Positions 50,601 to 62,160 of a DNA stretch of 64,000 nt are shown here, one piece after another; position 1 is the stretch's first letter, and each line of letters opens with the position of its first letter. The stretch covers positions 368,094,001-368,158,000 of the forward strand of contig OZ024741.1 in the NCBI GenBank assembly GCA_964016885.1, given 5' to 3'. A program made the position numbers and the translations under genes. A model generated the notes under the pieces. The model was not told the origin of the DNA and searched no databases. It saw only the letters and a list, made by a program, of their open reading frames with translations. This DNA comes from Eledone cirrhosa. Taxonomy: Eukaryota.

Positions 50601-51128
50601 ATGGACAACTTCCAGAAGTCCTTGGCCTGGCAGTGCTACCGAGGGGCTCTGCCCGTTCGGGATAAGCTCTACAGACACGGGCGCCCGGGTAAGGACCCCT
50701 CGAAAAAGATCTGTCCCAGATGCGTGCGCGACGAGGAAACCGTCGCGCACGCATTGGTGCACTGCCCGGGCGTTGCCGATCTGTGGGGCTATGTCGAACG
50801 ACTGCTGTCACGGGTGGGACCAATTAGGTTGACCACCGAGTCCATTGTAACGATCAAGCCGCCTCCCCCCTTCAAAAATGAAGGAGAGGCGGTCTTCCTC
50901 TGTGTAATAGCCATGGTAAAAGAGGCTATATGGTGGACGCGTCTGAAAGGGCTGAGGTCGGACACCTTTCTCTCCGGCCAACAACTGGTCCTTTTCTTCC
51001 GATACCATTTCGGAAGAAGGATCAGGATGGAGAGAGAGGTGCTCCACTCCAGCCAGTTTTATGAAAGGTGGGTGAAAGTTGCGAGAATGGCCCGTGTGAA
51101 TGGGCCTTCTCTCTACCTCAGCCTGTAG
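47691..51128 (+). CDS. Tx1 ORF2, copy 2
   Basis: 1145 aa intact APE-RT-CCHC. Confidence 0.95.
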   Translation: MAVLRVGCLNARGLGSPWKQAKLLSDLRSQCVNVMVICEARISSMRQLTPTFDDFEMHASLCQPGGGGGVVVLLQKHLGLATQTVHLDPEGRLVVLDLGNGEGEAFRLVAVYAPFGAMRSDFFHRLETFLGTSRSLLLVGDWNGILDARWDYVGACPDRGGCNSLKGLIGRFDLADRYRLDFPTVPTWTWSNNSGQSRSYLDRFLVRIKDRDFLSCPEMLMVGYSDHKLVTCVVHLDRTHRQGPGYWKLNLSLPASRAYRDRIRTLVKEQLTGAIVNNRWWGSLKREIRVVSIGVSKELASDRNRKERELVVNVEEAMRSGNVARVQASRTVLNQFFDAKHEGCVVRSKIRALGNEGTKAVSWARVTEAKSGIKSTIRSLRDQDGRLILEPKQMCEAFQRHFAQLFGRGGEPVGDVDFGPYLDGLPRLSDREARSCDGPISAAEIGDVLSLCGKRKSPGLDGLPYELYINMPDLFPDLLEAVYCNWQQNGRIPCSVTKGVVSLVRKDENKGDDISNFRPITLLNAELKILAKVLAKRLALVVGGLVGDAQTCAIPSRSIHDNLHLMRYIIERVGNEPGFGGALINLDQSKAFDRVDHGYLDAVLAAAGFGPVFRGWITAMHSSRICSRVKVNGYLSEPFEITRSIRQGCPLSSLLYVLTLEPLLRKLELLQGIPLEPGLRKAVSAYADDVTVMVSTASEIEAIGTLLEEYERLTGAKLNRDKSVALQLGEWRGKAMSCDGIVGRWTEGPVKLLGVWFGPDLQVEKNWGEVTNRVFALTQKWAECKLSLKGRAEVANAYIASVIYYRLTVVPCPSEILAKMERALFYFLWKKRSPLVRRSICCQHPLKGGLGMPWLKMRKHALRLRHLHVFLTGQPVWAPFVRRAFPRLVSLTELQSWVKQRPRKLGDWHTECAQALTALWQADPAIDGDSTSSFYRGLVVSGCDDALGEALGMEEDELASLFGRTFGPGPMDNFQKSLAWQCYRGALPVRDKLYRHGRPGKDPSKKICPRCVRDEETVAHALVHCPGVADLWGYVERLLSRVGPIRLTTESIVTIKPPPPFKNEGEAVFLCVIAMVKEAIWWTRLKGLRSDTFLSGQQLVLFFRYHFGRRIRMEREVLHSSQFYERWVKVARMARVNGPSLYLSL

Positions 51129-51351
51129 GTGGAACAGAAAGAAGGGAGCACCCTCTCTTTGTGCTCCCGTGGAGAAGGGTCGCACACTTTTTTTTCGGGG
51201 GTGTGTGTGACCCCAAAACGATCCCTCCCTATTGAGGACCTTCTTGTTACTATTTTGTTTGTTATATTTTTCTTACTCGATTTTTATGTAAACTCCCCCC
51301 ACCCATGTACATGTCCCTTTCTTTTGTGCCCTAGTGGCAAATAAACAGAAA

Positions 51352-51371
51352 TTTGTCTGTCTGTCTGTCTG
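51352..51371. repeat. Short (TCTG)n spacer between Tx1 copies 2 and 3
   Basis: tttgtctgtctgtctgtctg, 20 bp. Confidence 0.95.
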
Positions 51372-51545
51372 AGGATAGTAGACGTGTGTCATATCGCTCT
51401 GTGATTTGGATTTTTACCTGCTAATTTTGTGAGTGGATTTTTTTGAATTATTTTGTATAATTAACTGTAACCCCTAGTCTGGGACTCTAGACGTCGGGTA
51501 AATATATTTTCACCCCTTTTGGGGTGAAAAATAAATATTTGAGAA

Positions 51546-53307
51546 ATGTTTATCGATATCGTTGATAACGATATCGTCGAAAACGATATCGCCATATTGG
51601 AAGCGAACGCCACGCCGACCAAAAAAACAAGCGGGAAAGAGGGAACAACAGTTCAAACTGTTGAACAACCCCTCCTCTCCAATGAAAAAAAGAATTTCAA
51701 TTCAAATGAAAAAATTAATTTTCAAGAAAAAAATAGCACCACAAATAAGGAAACCAACAACATTACAACAACAAACAAAGACAAAATTTCTTTTGCCCAA
51801 ACACTTAGGAGAGCCACGGAATACAAAGCCATTGACATCACGAACGCCAAGGAAAATTTGCTAGAGGCTAGAAAATACGTATCTTTTGGGGAGGATGGTT
51901 CTTTTACGATCAACTCCCCAGAAGAAGTGCGTGAACAGATTTACAAGAATACCGTAAGCTACAGAACCATAACCAACGAAACGAGAAAGCCAGCGCAATT
52001 GACCGAAAGTCAAATCGAGCTGGTTCTGAAAGAAATTAAAAATGACATACTCTTTATTCAAAGAGGAAAGCTGTATGCCAGCATTATGGTCCGAATGAAG
52101 GACGAAATGCTGGCTCAGAAATATTCGGTGGCACCTATAGTGTCACCACATTACACCTTCTTCCCCACATATAAAGGAAGAAGAACACAAAGGATAAGAA
52201 TGTGGAGCCCTACGCCAGAAATTAACATCTGGTCCGTCCTAACAGGATTTACCGACCTAGATAAGGACATACTAATTTCAGCAGGGGAGTCCACCAGTGG
52301 ACTGTTCGGGGGGAAAAGTCTGGAGGTTCTCTTACAGATGACACCTGAGAGAATCTCCGGAATACCCGACCGAGTGCTACTGGATGGGCGAACCTACATA
52401 AATATCACAGTGGAAGGCAGGAGACCCTCATGTTACCACTGCGCTGGCAGAGGTCACCTGAGGACGGCCTGCCCTCTACTAACAACAAAAAAACCACTGC
52501 TACAAACACCACAACAACAACAAAAACAACCAGCACCACCATCACAAAAACAACAAAATACACTACCATCACCACCAGAACAACAAAAACCAACAACACC
52601 ACCACCACCACCACCACCACAACAACAACAACATCAACAACAGCTCAAGAAAACAACCCAAAACACGGTCCCACCCAGCCCCACCCCACAGAACACAAAT
52701 ACAAAAACAGTTCATACACAACCCGGAGATATACCCCTCCCCTCCAATACGGAAGAGGAGCTCATATCGTCGGAAGACGAGGGGGCTCCCTTCCAAAAAG
52801 TGAAAAGAAAAAAAACGTACACACACCACAACAACAAAAATAACCCCACCTGACAACACAACACAGACAATAAAACGCAAACTCACTCAACAACAACAAG
52901 CAAAAACAAACACAACAACACAAAAACTCTACACATACATAAACAAAAACAATGAAAACCTAACTTTAAAAATAGAAACCAACCCTTCGATACAAACCGA
53001 AGGGCCGAATTTCGTAACGGCAATGGGGCTCCCTAACCTGAAAATGGTGAAAATCCCACTTGACATTTTTAAAACTTTAAAAGACATGTACCCTGAGGAC
53101 GTGGGCCCACCCTGCACCAGGCCACTCAACCGCGTCCTCCTGAAAGGTTTTCCCCTCCCCTCCTCAAACACCCACACAACTCCAAAGATCCCAACCCCTC
53201 CACACACCAATACCCCCACACCACCACAAACCACCACCCCACCCATCAACCCCGCCACCAGCCCCATGGAAACTGAGCGACCCGAACCCCGGGACGCAGA
53301 GAGGTAA
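51546..53307 (+). pseudogene. Tx1 ORF1, copy 3, with +1 frameshift in an A-run near 52810 (real or assembly error)
   Basis: ORF split into 51546..52853 and 53023..53307; A8 versus A7 in the other copies. Confidence 0.75.
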
Positions 53308-53330
53308 GTGCCTCTTTCTTTGCCACCAAC

Positions 53331-56300
53331 ATGGCTGTCTTAAGAGTGGGTTGTCTAAATGCGCGTGGCCTGGGCTCACCTTGGAAGCAAGCTAAACTTC
53401 TAAGTGACCTCAGGTCACAATGTGTAAATGTGATGGTTATTTGCGAGGCCCGGATCAGCAGCATGCAACAGCTAACCCCCACCTTTGATGACTTTGAGAT
53501 GCACGCATCTCTCTGTCAGCCCGGAGGTGGGGGTGGGGTTGTCGTTCTGCTGCAAAAACATCTGGGTCTCGCTACACAGACGGTACACTTGGACCCGGAG
53601 GGTCGACTCGTGGTTCTGGACCTTGGCAATGGCGAAGGCGAAGCTTTTAGGCTTGTCGCCGTATACGCCCCTTTTGGGGCAATGCGGTCGGACTTCTTCC
53701 ATCGTCTGGAGACTTTTCTAGGGACGTCCCGCTCCTTGCTTTTAGTGGGGGACTGGAATGGTATCCTAGATGCACGTTGGGACTATGTAGGGGCATGTCC
53801 CGATAGAGGGGGGTGTAACAGCCTTAAGGGGTTAATCGGCCGATTCGACCTGGCCGATAGATACCGACTAGATTTTCCGACTGTACCAACCTGGACCTGG
53901 TCAAATAACAGTGGTCAATCTAGATCGTACCTAGATAGGTTCTTAGTTAGAATTAAGGATAGGGACTTTTTAAGTTGTCCAGAAATGCTCATGGTGGGCT
54001 ATTCAGACCACAAGTTAGTGACCTGCGTAGTCCACCTTGATAGAACGCATAGGCAGGGGCCCGGTTACTGGAAGCTCAACTTGTCCTTACCGGCAAGTAG
54101 AGCTTACAGGGACCGGATTAGAACCTTAGTTAAGGAGCAGTTGACGGGCGCCATCGTCAACAACAGGTGGTGGGGCTCTCTAAAAAGAGAGATTAGAGTA
54201 GTTTCAATAGGAGTTAGTAAGGAGTTAGCCTCAGATAGAAATAGGAAGGAAAGGGAGTTGGTAGTTAATGTTGAAGAGGCAATGAGAAGCGGCAACGTGG
54301 CCAGAGTGCAAGCGTCGAGAACGGTCTTGAACCAGTTCTTCGACGCGAAACACGAAGGCTGCGTTGTCCGAAGCAAAATACGTGCTCTGGGAAACGAGGG
54401 GACCAAAGCTGTTAGCTGGGCCCGCGTGACAGAAGCGAAAAGTGGGATTAAATCCACTATCCGGTCTTTGCGAGACCAGGATGGACGGCTGATCCTTGAA
54501 CCTAAGCAAATGTGCGAGGCCTTTCAAAGGCACTTTGCCCAATTGTTCGGGAGGGGCGGGGAGCCGGTTGGAGATGTGGATTTCGGTCCATACCTCGACG
54601 GCCTGCCGCGTCTTTCGGACAGGGAGGCGAGGTCCTGCGACGGGCCGATCTCAGCTGCTGAAATAGGGGACGTGCTGAGCCTATGCGGCAAACGCAAATC
54701 TCCAGGACTCGATGGTCTGCCCTACGAACTATATATTAATATGCCGGACTTGTTCCCCGATCTCCTCGAGGCGGTCTACTGCAACTGGCAACAGAACGGG
54801 AGAATTCCCTGTTCTGTGACCAAGGGCGTAGTCTCGCTAGTGAGGAAGGACGAGAACAAGGGGGATGACATTAGTAATTTTAGGCCCATAACTCTGCTAA
54901 ATGCAGAGTTAAAGATTTTGGCGAAGGTGTTAGCGAAGAGGTTGGCGCTTGTCGTGGGGGGCCTGGTGGGAGATGCGCAGACATGCGCTATCCCGTCCAG
55001 GTCCATCCACGACAACCTCCACCTCATGCGATACATCATAGAGAGGGTTGGGAACGAACCCGGCTTTGGTGGGGCCCTGATAAATTTAGATCAGTCTAAA
55101 GCGTTCGATAGAGTGGACCATGGTTACCTGGATGCGGTGCTAGCGGCGGCTGGGTTCGGACCCGTTTTCAGGGGCTGGATCACTGCCATGCACAGCAGCC
55201 GCATCTGCTCTAGAGTCAAGGTGAACGGCTACCTTTCGGAGCCGTTCGAAATCACCCGCTCCATCCGACAGGGGTGCCCTCTCTCCTCCCTTCTGTATGT
55301 GTTGACTCTCGAGCCATTACTGCGGAAGTTGGAGTTGTTGCAGGGCATCCCTTTGGAACCGGGATTGCGCAAAGCGGTGTCGGCCTACGCCGATGACGTA
55401 ACAGTAATGGTGTCGACCGCCTCGGAAATCGAGGCAATCGGCACCTTACTAGAGGAGTACGAAAGGTTGACAGGGGCTAAGCTGAACCGGGACAAGTCAG
55501 TCGCTTTGCAACTCGGCGAGTGGAGGGGCAAAGCGATGTCGTGCGACGGTATCGTCGGACGGTGGACGGAGGGCCCGGTGAAGTTGCTTGGGGTCTGGTT
55601 CGGACCGGACCTCCAGGTGGAGAAAAACTGGGGTGAGGTGACGAATAGGGTGTTTGCACTGACCCAGAAGTGGGCCGAGTGCAAACTATCCCTAAAAGGT
55701 CGGGCGGAGGTGGCGAATGCTTACATAGCGTCCGTCATCTATTACCGCTTGACTGTCGTGCCTTGCCCGGGTGAGATCCTCGCCAAAATGGAGCGCGCCC
55801 TCTTTTATTTCCTTTGGAAGAAGAGGTCTCCTCTGGTGAGGAGATCCATCTGCTGTCAACACCCTTTGAAAGGAGGGCTGGGGATGCCGTGGCTAAAAAT
55901 GCGTAAACACGCATTGAGGCTAAGGCACCTCCACGTATTCCTCACCGGTCAACCGGTGTGGGCCCCGTTTGTGAGGCGAGCCTTCCCGAGGCTCGTCTCG
56001 CTCACCGAGCTGCAGTCCTGGGTGAAGCAAAGACCGAGAAAACTGGGCGACTGGCACACCGAGTGTGCCCAGGCGCTCACGGCTCTCTGGCAGGCGGACC
56101 CGGCTATCGACGGAGACTCTACCTCGTCATTCTATAGAGGGCTGGTGGTTAGCGGGTGCGACGACGCCCTCGGAGAAGCCCTAGGCATGGAGGAGGACGA
56201 ACTGGCCAGTCTATTCGGTAGGACTTTCGGCCCGGGACCTATGGACAACTTCCAGAAGTCCTTGGCCTGGCAGTGCTACCGAGGGGCTCTGCCCGTTCGG

Positions 56301-56768
56301 GATAAGCTCTACAGACACGGGCGCCCGGGTAGGGACCCCTCGAAAAAGATCTGTCCCAGATGCGTGCGCGACGAGGAAACCGTCGCGCACGCATTGGTGC
56401 ACTGCCCAGGCGTTGCCGATCTGTGGGGCTATGTCGAACGACTGCTGTCACGGGTGGGACCAATTAGGTTGACCACCGAGTCCATTGTAACGATCAAGCC
56501 GCCTCCCCCCTTCAAAAATGAAGGAGAGGCGGTCTTCCTCTGTGTAATAGCCATGGTAAAAGAGGCTATATGGTGGACGCGTCTGAAAGGGCTGAGGTCG
56601 GACACCTTTCTCTCCGGCCAACAACTGGTCCTTTTCTTCCGATACCATTTCGGAAGAAGGATCAGGATGGAGAGAGAGGTGCTCCACTCCAGCCAGTTTT
56701 ATGAAAGGTGGGTGAAAGTTGCGAGAATGGCCCGTGTGAATGGGCCTTCTCTCTACCTCAGCCTGTAG
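53331..56768 (+). CDS. Tx1 ORF2, copy 3
   Basis: 1145 aa intact APE-RT-CCHC. Confidence 0.95.
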   Translation: MAVLRVGCLNARGLGSPWKQAKLLSDLRSQCVNVMVICEARISSMQQLTPTFDDFEMHASLCQPGGGGGVVVLLQKHLGLATQTVHLDPEGRLVVLDLGNGEGEAFRLVAVYAPFGAMRSDFFHRLETFLGTSRSLLLVGDWNGILDARWDYVGACPDRGGCNSLKGLIGRFDLADRYRLDFPTVPTWTWSNNSGQSRSYLDRFLVRIKDRDFLSCPEMLMVGYSDHKLVTCVVHLDRTHRQGPGYWKLNLSLPASRAYRDRIRTLVKEQLTGAIVNNRWWGSLKREIRVVSIGVSKELASDRNRKERELVVNVEEAMRSGNVARVQASRTVLNQFFDAKHEGCVVRSKIRALGNEGTKAVSWARVTEAKSGIKSTIRSLRDQDGRLILEPKQMCEAFQRHFAQLFGRGGEPVGDVDFGPYLDGLPRLSDREARSCDGPISAAEIGDVLSLCGKRKSPGLDGLPYELYINMPDLFPDLLEAVYCNWQQNGRIPCSVTKGVVSLVRKDENKGDDISNFRPITLLNAELKILAKVLAKRLALVVGGLVGDAQTCAIPSRSIHDNLHLMRYIIERVGNEPGFGGALINLDQSKAFDRVDHGYLDAVLAAAGFGPVFRGWITAMHSSRICSRVKVNGYLSEPFEITRSIRQGCPLSSLLYVLTLEPLLRKLELLQGIPLEPGLRKAVSAYADDVTVMVSTASEIEAIGTLLEEYERLTGAKLNRDKSVALQLGEWRGKAMSCDGIVGRWTEGPVKLLGVWFGPDLQVEKNWGEVTNRVFALTQKWAECKLSLKGRAEVANAYIASVIYYRLTVVPCPGEILAKMERALFYFLWKKRSPLVRRSICCQHPLKGGLGMPWLKMRKHALRLRHLHVFLTGQPVWAPFVRRAFPRLVSLTELQSWVKQRPRKLGDWHTECAQALTALWQADPAIDGDSTSSFYRGLVVSGCDDALGEALGMEEDELASLFGRTFGPGPMDNFQKSLAWQCYRGALPVRDKLYRHGRPGRDPSKKICPRCVRDEETVAHALVHCPGVADLWGYVERLLSRVGPIRLTTESIVTIKPPPPFKNEGEAVFLCVIAMVKEAIWWTRLKGLRSDTFLSGQQLVLFFRYHFGRRIRMEREVLHSSQFYERWVKVARMARVNGPSLYLSL

Positions 56769-56991
56769 GTGGAACAGAAAGAAGGGAGCACCCTCTCTTT
56801 GTGCTCCCGTGGAGAAGGGTCGCACACTTTTTTTGCGGGGGTGTGTGTGACCCCAAAACGATCCCTCCCTATTGAGGACCTTCTTGTTATTATTTTGTTT
56901 GTTATATTTTTCTTACTCGATTTTTATGTAAACTCCCCCCACCCATGTACATGTCCCTTTCTTTTGTGCCCTAGTGGCAAATAAACAGAAA

Positions 56992-57028
<37 letters not shown>

Positions 57029-57036
57029 GTCTGTGT

Positions 57037-57093
<57 letters not shown>
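56992..57093. repeat. (TCTG)n grading into (TG)n, right flank of Tx1 array
   Basis: Direct reading. Confidence 0.97.
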
Positions 57094-57095
<2 letters not shown>

Positions 57096-57454
57096 GTTAG
57101 GTGACAGATCATGTTCACATGCTCTGTTTTGGGTTTGGTTCTCTGCAGCTGGATGCCTTTCCTAATGCAAACCACCTTGCAGTGTGTACTGGGAGCGTGA
57201 GTGTGAGAGCGTGTGTATGTGCATTATATAAGTTGCATCTTTTTCAATGATAATTCATGAAAAACTAGCAAGCATTCTATGTATCATACCTACAAAACCT
57301 CAATTCAAAATATATAGTGTGTTGCAAATGTATGTAAAACCGAGTTGTGATGTGCACAGTACAATATACAATAATACCTTTTACAAATTTCATGTTTCAA
57401 TGAGGCCAAAAATTATTTTTCAGTTTAAAGAAATTAAAGAATAAAAACACTTAC

Positions 57455-57578
57455 ATTGTCTTGAATAAAAATCACTATAGACCTGGACTCTTTTGATAAT
57501 GGTAACAAGTAATTGGCATGGAAATTATCAGCGCTGATTTTGTTACCCATAAACACTGTGGGCAAGTCACTCATTGGG
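57455..57578 (-). CDS. ATP6AP1: V-type proton ATPase subunit S1 (Ac45), first coding exon visible in window (probably exon 2)
   Basis: Manual translation xPMSDLPTVFMGNKISADNFHANYLLPLSKESRSIVIFIQDN. AG acceptor at 57579-80, GT donor at 57453-54. 124 bp, phase-compatible with the next exon. IVIFIQD resembles the Ac45 N-terminal LLFLQD motif. Confidence 0.8.
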
Positions 57579-57689
57579 CTAGATAGAAAATAAACAAACA
57601 ATCAGAACAATAAACTGTTTGGGTTTAAAGACATGAAACATAAGATCTTTTCTAAGAGATCCATAAGCTGGAAAGTAGATTAGATAAAA

Positions 57690-58330
57690 TATGTTGCTTG
57701 GTAGTTGTACATGAGTGGAGGTAAGGAGAAATGAATTGAGCAAGCTCCATTGGATGTGTAATATTAACGTACATGAACAATGAAGCATGAATGAACTGAG
57801 GGAAAAACTGAGCATAAGTGGAATCAAATGTGTGTAGGAGAGAAGATTTCACTGATACAACCAAACATCTAATGCATATGGATGATGATTGCTGGATATA
57901 AAAGTGTCAGGATTTCTACATGAAAGGAAGCAGTGGAAGAGGAAAATCAAGTAAGGAGTGGGCAAAGATAGTGAAAGCCAATTGTAAGAAACAACATAGG
58001 AGTTATTGGGAAAGAAACAAGTGGCAAGATGCTGCACTGGAGAGGATTTGTCTAACCCATGCAATGATGTTAGACACAGTAAGATAAGAAAGGAGTTAGT
58101 TATTGATTATATACTAGCAATAGCTTCATGGAAAAATAAAATTAGCCATGCACCATTACAACCTGGGGAAAATTTAGAGAAATAAATTGAAGGCATGGAA
58201 ACAAAACCTATAATCAAGAGGACTCAAGAGTAAACTTAGCAAAAACTAAAGAAGGCAAAATGGCTGTGCTCAATATACAACAGAAGAGTAGGAGAAACTT
58301 CATACAGTGTACCCACCCAAAATATACCAA
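57690..58330 (+). mobile_element. Highly degraded RTE fragments
   Basis: Recognisable nucleotide similarity to the RTE C-terminus (tggatgtgtaatattaac..gcataagtggaatcaaatg) and to the KVNLAKTK region. Confidence 0.6.
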
Positions 58331-58963
58331 CATGGAAAAAATGGACATATTGAAATAATCCCAGTTTAGAACATATACACCATATCCCTGCATGTCATAA
58401 GAGGAAATTAAGATGATTGATGACAGAAAGAGCATCCAGATATAAAACACTGACTAAAAAAAGAACCATAATGAGTAGTCAAAGGACTGCAGGGTTAACT
58501 TCTGCTTTAGCAGGGAACCTGATCTTAAAATGTTTGAGAGAGAAATGTGTAGGGTTAATAGTAGAAACTGTAATAGTGTCTAAAGGTTTTTATACTTTCT
58601 CAGCAACACCCTTTAGACTAAGGTAAGGTCACAGCGAATTTTAATTTTACCCACCTTATATTTGTGAATGGATGTGTGTATATCATTGTTGGAGTTTACA
58701 TTTATAGTTTGTCCCATAACTAGGATCAATAAAATAAGCACCAGACTTGAAAAAAAAAAATTGTTCTGGAGTTGATGGGATCAAAATCAGTCGTCTAGCA
58801 GGACAACAGTCTAATGACTTGTACCAGTAAAAGAATAAATTACTTCTGTAAGCATTTGATAAGTTATTCCTGGTCATTTCAAAAGTATGACAATAAATCA
58901 TGAATCAAGGACATATTTTTAATGCACACGCATGCACAACCAAGTAATAAAATTATAGAGAGA

Positions 58964-61432
58964 GATTTCTTTATTTGCCACAAGGGCGCACAAGAAAAGG
59001 GGACAATACAAGGACGGTTTCAATGTCCTGCTCGCATCTTCGACACGTCCTCTTGGAAGGATCCCTGCCGGGGCGCCCGTGCCTGTAGATCTTGTCTCAT
59101 ACTGGTAGAACTCCTCGGTAGCACTGAAGTCCATGGACCTTTTGAAGTTGTCCATAAGTCCCGGGCGGAAAGTCCTACCGAACAGACTGGTGAGCTCGTC
59201 GTCTTCGACGCCCAGTCTCTCCGAGCACATCGTCGCACTTGTAATGAATTATCCCTGTATAGAATGTCGAAGTGGAATCGCCACTGATTTCTGTGCCCGC
59301 TTGACAGAGGACTGTGAGCGCCTGAGTGCATTCAATGTGCCAGGCGTCCATTTTCTTCGGTCTCCGCTTAACCCAGGACTGCAGCTCCATCAGCGAGACA
59401 AGTTGCGAGAAGGCTTGTCTCACAAACGGGGCCCACACCGGTTGGTCGGTGAGGAATACCTGGAGATGCCATAGCCTCAGCGCGTGTTTGCGCATCATCA
59501 GCCACAGCATTCCCAGCCCTCCGTTGGAAGGGTGCTGGCAGCAGACGGATCTCCTCACCAGTGGAGTTTGCTTCTTCCAGAGGAATTGGAAGTGCATGCA
59601 TTCCATCTTGGTGAGATATTCACGGGGACAAGGCACGACGGTCAAATGGTAGTAGATGATGAATGCTATGAAAGTGTTCGCCACCTCCGCTTGACCTTTC
59701 AAGGATAGTTTGCACTCTGCCCACTTCTGGGTGACCACAAATACCTTGGCCGTAACCTCTTTCCAGTTTTTCTCCACCTGGAGGTCCGGACCGAACCAGA
59801 CCCCGAGCAATTTCACCGGTCCTTCTGTCCAGCGTCCGAAGATGCTGTCGGACGGCATCGGTGTGCCTCTCCAAATCCTGAGTTGCAAACCGACAGATTT
59901 ATCCGGGTTGAGTTTTGCTTCTATGAGCCTTTTGTATTCCGGCAGTAAGTTGTCGATTGCCCCGATTTCCGAGGTTTTCGACACCATTACTGTCACGTCG
60001 TCGGCATAAGCCGACCCGCTTCCCGCAGTCCCGGTTCCAATGGGATGCCCTGCAAAAGCTCCAGCTTCCGCAATAGTGGCTCTAGAGTCAATACATACAG
60101 AATGGAGGAGAGAGGGCATCCCTGTCGGATGGAACGCGCGATTGGGTACGGCTCCAATAGGTTGCCGTTCACCTTGACCGTCAAGCAGATGTTGGTGTGC
60201 ATGGCTGTGATGCAGCCTCTGAAGACAGGTTTGAAACAACCCGCCTTAAGAACCGCTTCCAAGTGTCGATGGTCGGCCCTATCGAATGCCTTAGACTGAT
60301 TTAAATTGATCAGAGCCCCACCGAAGCCGGGTTTAGACCCCACCCTCTCTATGATGTATTGCATGAGGTGGAGGTTGTTGTGTATGGACCTGGTTGGAAT
60401 TGCACACGTTTGAGCTATTCCCGCCACGTTCTCGACAAGCGCCAGCCTCATTGCTAACACCTTGGCCAAAATCTTTAACTATTTAGGAGAGTTATGAGCC
60501 TGAAGTTGCTTATTTTGTCCCCTTTTTTCTCGTCTTTCCTGATCAGCGTTACTACGCCCCTGCCTACAGAACTGGGAATTCTCCCGTTCTGCTACCAGTT
60601 GCAGTAGACGGCTTCAAGGACGCCAGAGAACAAGTCCGGCATGCCTATGTAAAATTCATAGGGTAGACCATCTAGACCGGGTGATCTGAGTTTCCCGCAG
60701 TGGTCCAAAGTGTCCCGTATCTCAGTGGCTGTGATCGGTCATTCGCAGAACTCGCTGTCCATGCTCGAGAGACGCGGCAGGCTGTCGAGGTATGAACCAA
60801 AGCCCATTGCCTCGTTCGGCACACCGCTCTGCTCGAACAGTTGCGCAAATTGCTGCTGAAAGGCTGTGCACATCTGCTTGGAGTTATGCGTCCATTTTGG
60901 TCTTTCAAAGACCGAATCGTGGACTTGTTGCCACTTTTTGCCTCTGCCACTCGGGCCCAGTCAACAGCTTTTGTCCCCTCATTCCCTAGAGCACGTGATC
61001 TACTCCTGACAATGCAGCCTTCGTGTTTCGCATCGAAGAACTGGTCTAGTGCCATTCTCGTTGCTAGCACTCTAGCTGCGTTGCCACTCCTAAGCGCCTC
61101 CTCTAACTTGGCTACTACTTCTCTTTCTGTTTTTTCTTTCTCTAAGGCTAGTTCTTTGCTAAAAGCTATGGACTCTATTCTAATTGCTCTCTTGTTGACG
61201 ATGGCTCCCATCAACTGTTGCTTAACTAAACTACTTATCCGTCTACTGTAGGCTTTACATGTCGGTAACATGTTCAACTTCCAGTATCCGGGTCCCTGTC
61301 TATGCGTTCTATCATGGTTGACTATGCAGGTGACTAGTTTGTGGTTTGAATAGGCAACCATGTATATTTGTGGACAGCTTAACATTTTCCTGTCCCTCTC
61401 TCTAATTAAGAACATATCTAAATACGATCTAG
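58964..61432 (-). mobile_element. Older, 5'-truncated and degraded Tx1 element related to the array family
   Basis: Frameshifted ORF2 fragments (RTHRQGPGYWKLN, AYADDVTVMVS, GRWTEGPVKLLGVWFG); 3' end GTGGCAAATAAAGAAA; internal deletion after the C-terminal Cys motif. Confidence 0.9.
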
Positions 61433-61458
61433 ATAGATAGATAGATAGATAGATAGAT
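61430..61458. repeat. (GATA)n/(TCTA)n microsatellite at the 5' junction of the old Tx1 copy
   Basis: Direct reading. Confidence 0.95.
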
Positions 61459-61789
61459 CATGTGTCTTATTGTTATTCGCATAATTTAACAATGGATTTT
61501 ATATTTAGCAATTAAATAGACCTTCAAACTATTCCCTAATGATCTTTTAAGCAGGCGGAAACATAGTTTGTGAAGTACAGGTTTGTATATTCATCAAAAC
61601 AATAGAAATAAAAAATCTTTTCCAATACATTTTATAACAATCATATTGATCATTTGTGCTTAAAGAAATCAGATATTCTAATCTATTTATTTGGTAGGCC
61701 TGGATTAAGGGGCAGTGACCATAGCCTTCAAAGACACTTTGACACCAGAAAATTCCCATATTTTATTTTCACTATATAAGTATTAGTAT

Positions 61790-62160
61790 GGTTGGGTGGC
61801 TAAGACATTTACTTTGCAGCCATATGGACTTAGGCTCTAACCCACTGTGTGGAACCTTGGGCAAGTGTCTACTATAGAATTAGGTTGATCAATGTTTTGT
61901 GAATGAATTTGGTAGATGGAAGCTGTAAGAAAGTCCTTCATATGTGTGTCTTCTCTTCACATTGCAGGCAATGATATTTGTTTATGTTTAATGTAAATAG
62001 AGATCCTGTTGCTCAGCAGTTAGATGTGCTAAGATCTGTATCTTACTTTAAAAGCAAGCAAGGGTTAGGATTAGGCAAAGGCATTTAGCCACAGAATTCT
62101 ATCTAAAAAATCTTGTCTATCCCATGCCAGTATGGAAAAATGGATGCAAAACTGATGATA
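61790..62160 (+). mobile_element. Degraded tRNA-derived SINE with RTE-like tail
   Basis: tRNA-like head, accttgggcaagtgtct core, cccatgccagtatggaaaa..gatga tail. Confidence 0.6.

Larger units (their letters stand above)
45742..51351 (+). mobile_element. Full-length Tx1-clade retrotransposon, copy 2
   Basis: Same termini as copy 1; both ORFs intact; (TCTG)n on both sides. Confidence 0.93.
51372..56991 (+). mobile_element. Full-length Tx1-clade retrotransposon, copy 3
   Basis: Same termini; preceded by a short (TCTG)n tract and followed by (TCTG)n-(TG)n. Confidence 0.93.

Noticed and set aside
51340-51385. GAAA ... CTGAGGA at the Tx1 copy junctions resembles a permuted hammerhead core
   Set aside because: Stems I-III cannot be paired convincingly, and the spacer is a variable-length microsatellite.
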